Assembly (NCBI GenBank): GCA_018401955.1
Contig: JAGYJT010000009.1
Span: 1,871-65,870 of the forward strand
Length of the DNA stretch: 64,000 bases
Direction of reading: 5' to 3'
DNA from: Chitinophagales bacterium
GTDB lineage: Bacteria > Bacteroidota > Bacteroidia > Chitinophagales > CAIOSU01
In this document: piece by piece, positions 61,957-64,000 of the stretch
Numbering within the stretch: position 1 is the stretch's first letter
Layout: each line of letters opens with the position of its first letter
Notes under the pieces: model-generated
Database searches by the model: none
Told to the model about the DNA's origin: nothing
What the model saw: the letters and a program-made list of their open reading frames with translations, nothing else
Made by a program: the position numbers and the translations under genes

Positions 61957-64000
61957 ATGAAAAGCATTTTACGGCTATTGATATGTCTGTTGCTAATCAC
62001 GGCATCTATTAGTGTTCCAAATTATGTGAGTGCCCAGTGCGGCCTTACTGGATTTACCGAGCCCTCTGTGCCAGTAAACATTAACCCACCTTGCGCAACA
62101 TTTGCTAACGTAAGTGTAGGGCCTGGCACACAAACCTCTTTTCAGGTTTTGAATGGAGCTAGTTACACGTTTTCAACTTGTAGCAGTTCTTTCAACACGC
62201 AACTGACCGGAAGAAACGCTGCCAACACACAGCAATTTTTCAACGACGATAACGGTCCGTTGTGTGCCACTAACAGGGCATCAGTAAACTGGACAGCAAC
62301 TTATACCGGCGTAGTATTTTCAATTGTAACCACCTCAGGTTGTGGTTTAGGAGGCACCTCAGGCGGTGCTTCTGCTATTTTAAGCTATCGCCAAAACAAT
62401 AACTTGAATATCACTTCTGCTTCAACTGCGATGTGCCCAGGTCAAACAAGGGGTTTAACCGCAACTCCATCAGGTGGTACTTTTACTGGTACTGGTGTAA
62501 GTGGTTCTACCTTTACCGCACCTACTTCGGGTCCAGTAATTATTACTTACACGTATGGCGCTTGCAGCACTACCCAAACAATAAACATCAACACGCCTCA
62601 AACAGCTCCAACAGGCGCAACTGCAAATCCTGCAACTATATGCAGCGGCAATAGTGTGCTGACAGCTAATGGCGGTGCACTTGGTACTGGCGGTACTTAC
62701 CAATGGTATGCTGGTGGTTGTGGCAATGGTTCGGTTTTAGGAACTGGCTCAAGCATTACAGTTACGCCAAGCAGTACAACAAACTATTTTGTGAGAATTA
62801 CAGGTGCATGTAGCACTACAAGTTGCGTAAGCACTACCGTAAATGTAAACTCACCATCTACCGACCCTACAGGTATTGGTACTAACAACAACAATTTCTG
62901 CGCAGGTGGAAGTGCGATATTAACTCGCCAAGGGGGCTCACTAGGAACGGGTGCTACATGGCGCTGGTATTCTGGCACTTGCTGTGCTGGTCCAGTAATT
63001 GGTACTGGTAACACTATTACTGTTACCCCAACTACTACCACTAACTACTATGTACGTGCTGAAGGTGGTGCTTGTGGCAACTCAAACGAAGCAACAATTA
63101 CTATCAATGTAAGTACAGCCTCTACCGCACCAACTGGCATTACCTCTTCAAATGGTACTACTTTCTGTAATGGTTTGGGTACAACAGTACTAACACTTCA
63201 AGGTGGTTCATTGGGAACAGGTGCTTCATGGAACTGGTACAGCGGTTCTTGCGGCGGTTCATTCATCTCTTCTGGAACTAACTCAATTACAGTTAATCCA
63301 ACTAGCAACACTACATATTATGTGCGCGCTGAAGGTACTTGTCCTCCACCTACAGCTTGTGCACAGGTGACCATAAATGTGAGCGTAGGTTTAGCCATTG
63401 ATTCAATCAGCAGAACAAATATAACTTGTAATGGTGCTGGCGACGGTACTGCTACAGTAAACGTTTCAGGTGGTCAAACACCATATACCTATGCTTGGAA
63501 CCCAGGTAGTGGCGGTGCTACTCGCCCTGGTCTATCTGCAGGCACTTACAATGTAACCGTTTCTGATGCTATTGGTTGTACTACTACTAGCAGCGTAACT
63601 ATAACTGAGCCGCCTTTGCTACAGGTTACTGCTGTTGCCAAAACAGATATTAGCTGTAGTGGGGCAAACGATGGTACTATTACCATTACTGCAATTGGTG
63701 GAACAGGTCCTTTGCAATATACTATCAACAACTTTGGTTCGTTCCAATCTTCAAATCAGTTTACTGGTTTAGGTACCGGAGCCTATACCATTGGAGTGCT
63801 TGATGCAAATGGTTGCACGGCTGTTTATAATGCCAACCCGGTAACCATTAATCAACCAACACCACTTACAATAACCGTAACTAGCAGCACTGATGCAAGT
63901 TGCAGCGGTGTTAACAATGGGTCAATAACAGTAAGTGCCTCTGGCGGTACTGGTAGCTATCTGTATTCATTAAATGGCAGTCCTTTCCAAATTGGTACCG
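61957..64000 (+). CDS. Giant cell-surface adhesin, N-terminal 681 codons (3' end beyond window); Ig-like CHU_C-associated repeats then SprB repeats
   Basis: This gene is not in the ORF track because no stop lies in the window; I translated it by hand. The signal peptide is MKSILRLLICLLLITASISVPNYVSAQ. Three repeats of about 87 aa have the form PTG...C.G.S..L...GG.LGTG..W.WY.G.C....GTG..ITV.P...T.Y.VR..G.C. They are followed by SprB-type repeats (I.C.G..DG.....V.GG..PY.Y). Confidence 0.85.
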   Translation, partial: MKSILRLLICLLLITASISVPNYVSAQCGLTGFTEPSVPVNINPPCATFANVSVGPGTQTSFQVLNGASYTFSTCSSSFNTQLTGRNAANTQQFFNDDNGPLCATNRASVNWTATYTGVVFSIVTTSGCGLGGTSGGASAILSYRQNNNLNITSASTAMCPGQTRGLTATPSGGTFTGTGVSGSTFTAPTSGPVIITYTYGACSTTQTININTPQTAPTGATANPATICSGNSVLTANGGALGTGGTYQWYAGGCGNGSVLGTGSSITVTPSSTTNYFVRITGACSTTSCVSTTVNVNSPSTDPTGIGTNNNNFCAGGSAILTRQGGSLGTGATWRWYSGTCCAGPVIGTGNTITVTPTTTTNYYVRAEGGACGNSNEATITINVSTASTAPTGITSSNGTTFCNGLGTTVLTLQGGSLGTGASWNWYSGSCGGSFISSGTNSITVNPTSNTTYYVRAEGTCPPPTACAQVTINVSVGLAIDSISRTNITCNGAGDGTATVNVSGGQTPYTYAWNPGSGGATRPGLSAGTYNVTVSDAIGCTTTSSVTITEPPLLQVTAVAKTDISCSGANDGTITITAIGGTGPLQYTINNFGSFQSSNQFTGLGTGAYTIGVLDANGCTAVYNANPVTINQPTPLTITVTSSTDASCSGVNNGSITVSASGGTGSYLYSLNGSPFQIGT

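Noticed and set aside
61957-64000. Regular repeats of about 260 nt that could suggest a CRISPR-like or satellite array
   Set aside because: The repeats are in-frame protein modules of a signal-peptide-bearing adhesin. They have no spacer/repeat alternation, and their lengths are far from CRISPR dimensions. No CRISPR array is present anywhere in the window.

Overview
This 64-kb segment looks like chromosome from a gliding, T9SS-bearing member of the Bacteroidota (Cytophagia/Sphingobacteriia-like). That call rests on gene content, lipobox and signal-peptide style, and roughly mid-40s %GC by eye. All family names come from motif recognition by reading; no database search was possible.

I support about 60 CDS, one tRNA (anticodon CAT) and a set of hairpin terminators. 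I see no rRNA, CRISPR array, transposase or phage genes; the only recombinase is a housekeeping-type xerD.

Gene order:
- gldK (3' fragment)-gldL-gldM-gldN.
- Convergent minus-strand block: SprE/PorW-like TPR lipoprotein, PBP1A, uvrC.
- M23 peptidase, bactofilin, AtpZ-like protein, membrane protein.
- Minus-strand block: small secreted protein, PadR, PspC.
- DUF3078-like barrel, then a complete MoxR-DUF58-BatA-E operon.
- DUF3089 lipase-like protein, ferredoxin-NADP reductase-like protein, porin.
- Two duplicated lipoproteins facing two duplicated membrane proteins, then an FAD oxidoreductase.
- TetR-TolC-MFP-RND efflux operon, polyprenyl synthase, xerD, and an orphan receiver.
- Short GldN-like protein, rpoD, Rieske oxygenase.
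- OM barrel, lmo0937-type mini-protein, lipocalin, YihY/BrkB.
- Receiver plus NtrC-type activator, then a Dps cluster and the tRNA.
- gcvH-VanZ-TonB-TPR-DUF4286, MBL hydrolase, NDH-2.
- The 5' 2 kb of a giant SprB-repeat adhesin that runs off the window.

Most of this is ordinary core genome. The items most worth a second look are:
1. A modular hairpin-repeat family at four intergenic loci that I cannot assign to a known family.
2. Cryptic relatives of the T9SS motor and ring proteins. One is a 171-aa low-GC GldN-like protein behind a heptamer microsatellite. The other is a membrane protein carrying the GldL TM-hairpin signature, inside a 2+2 duplicated gene cluster.
3. An M23 peptidase-bactofilin pair fused to an orphaned AtpZ-like leader cassette.
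4. Several structured or phased non-coding regions: a nested inverted repeat between gldN and uvrC, phased CCAATAA heptamers in a divergent promoter, and a hairpin-rich insert inside the otherwise tightly coupled Bat operon.

I cannot show that any of these is a complete novel system, and I have scored them accordingly.
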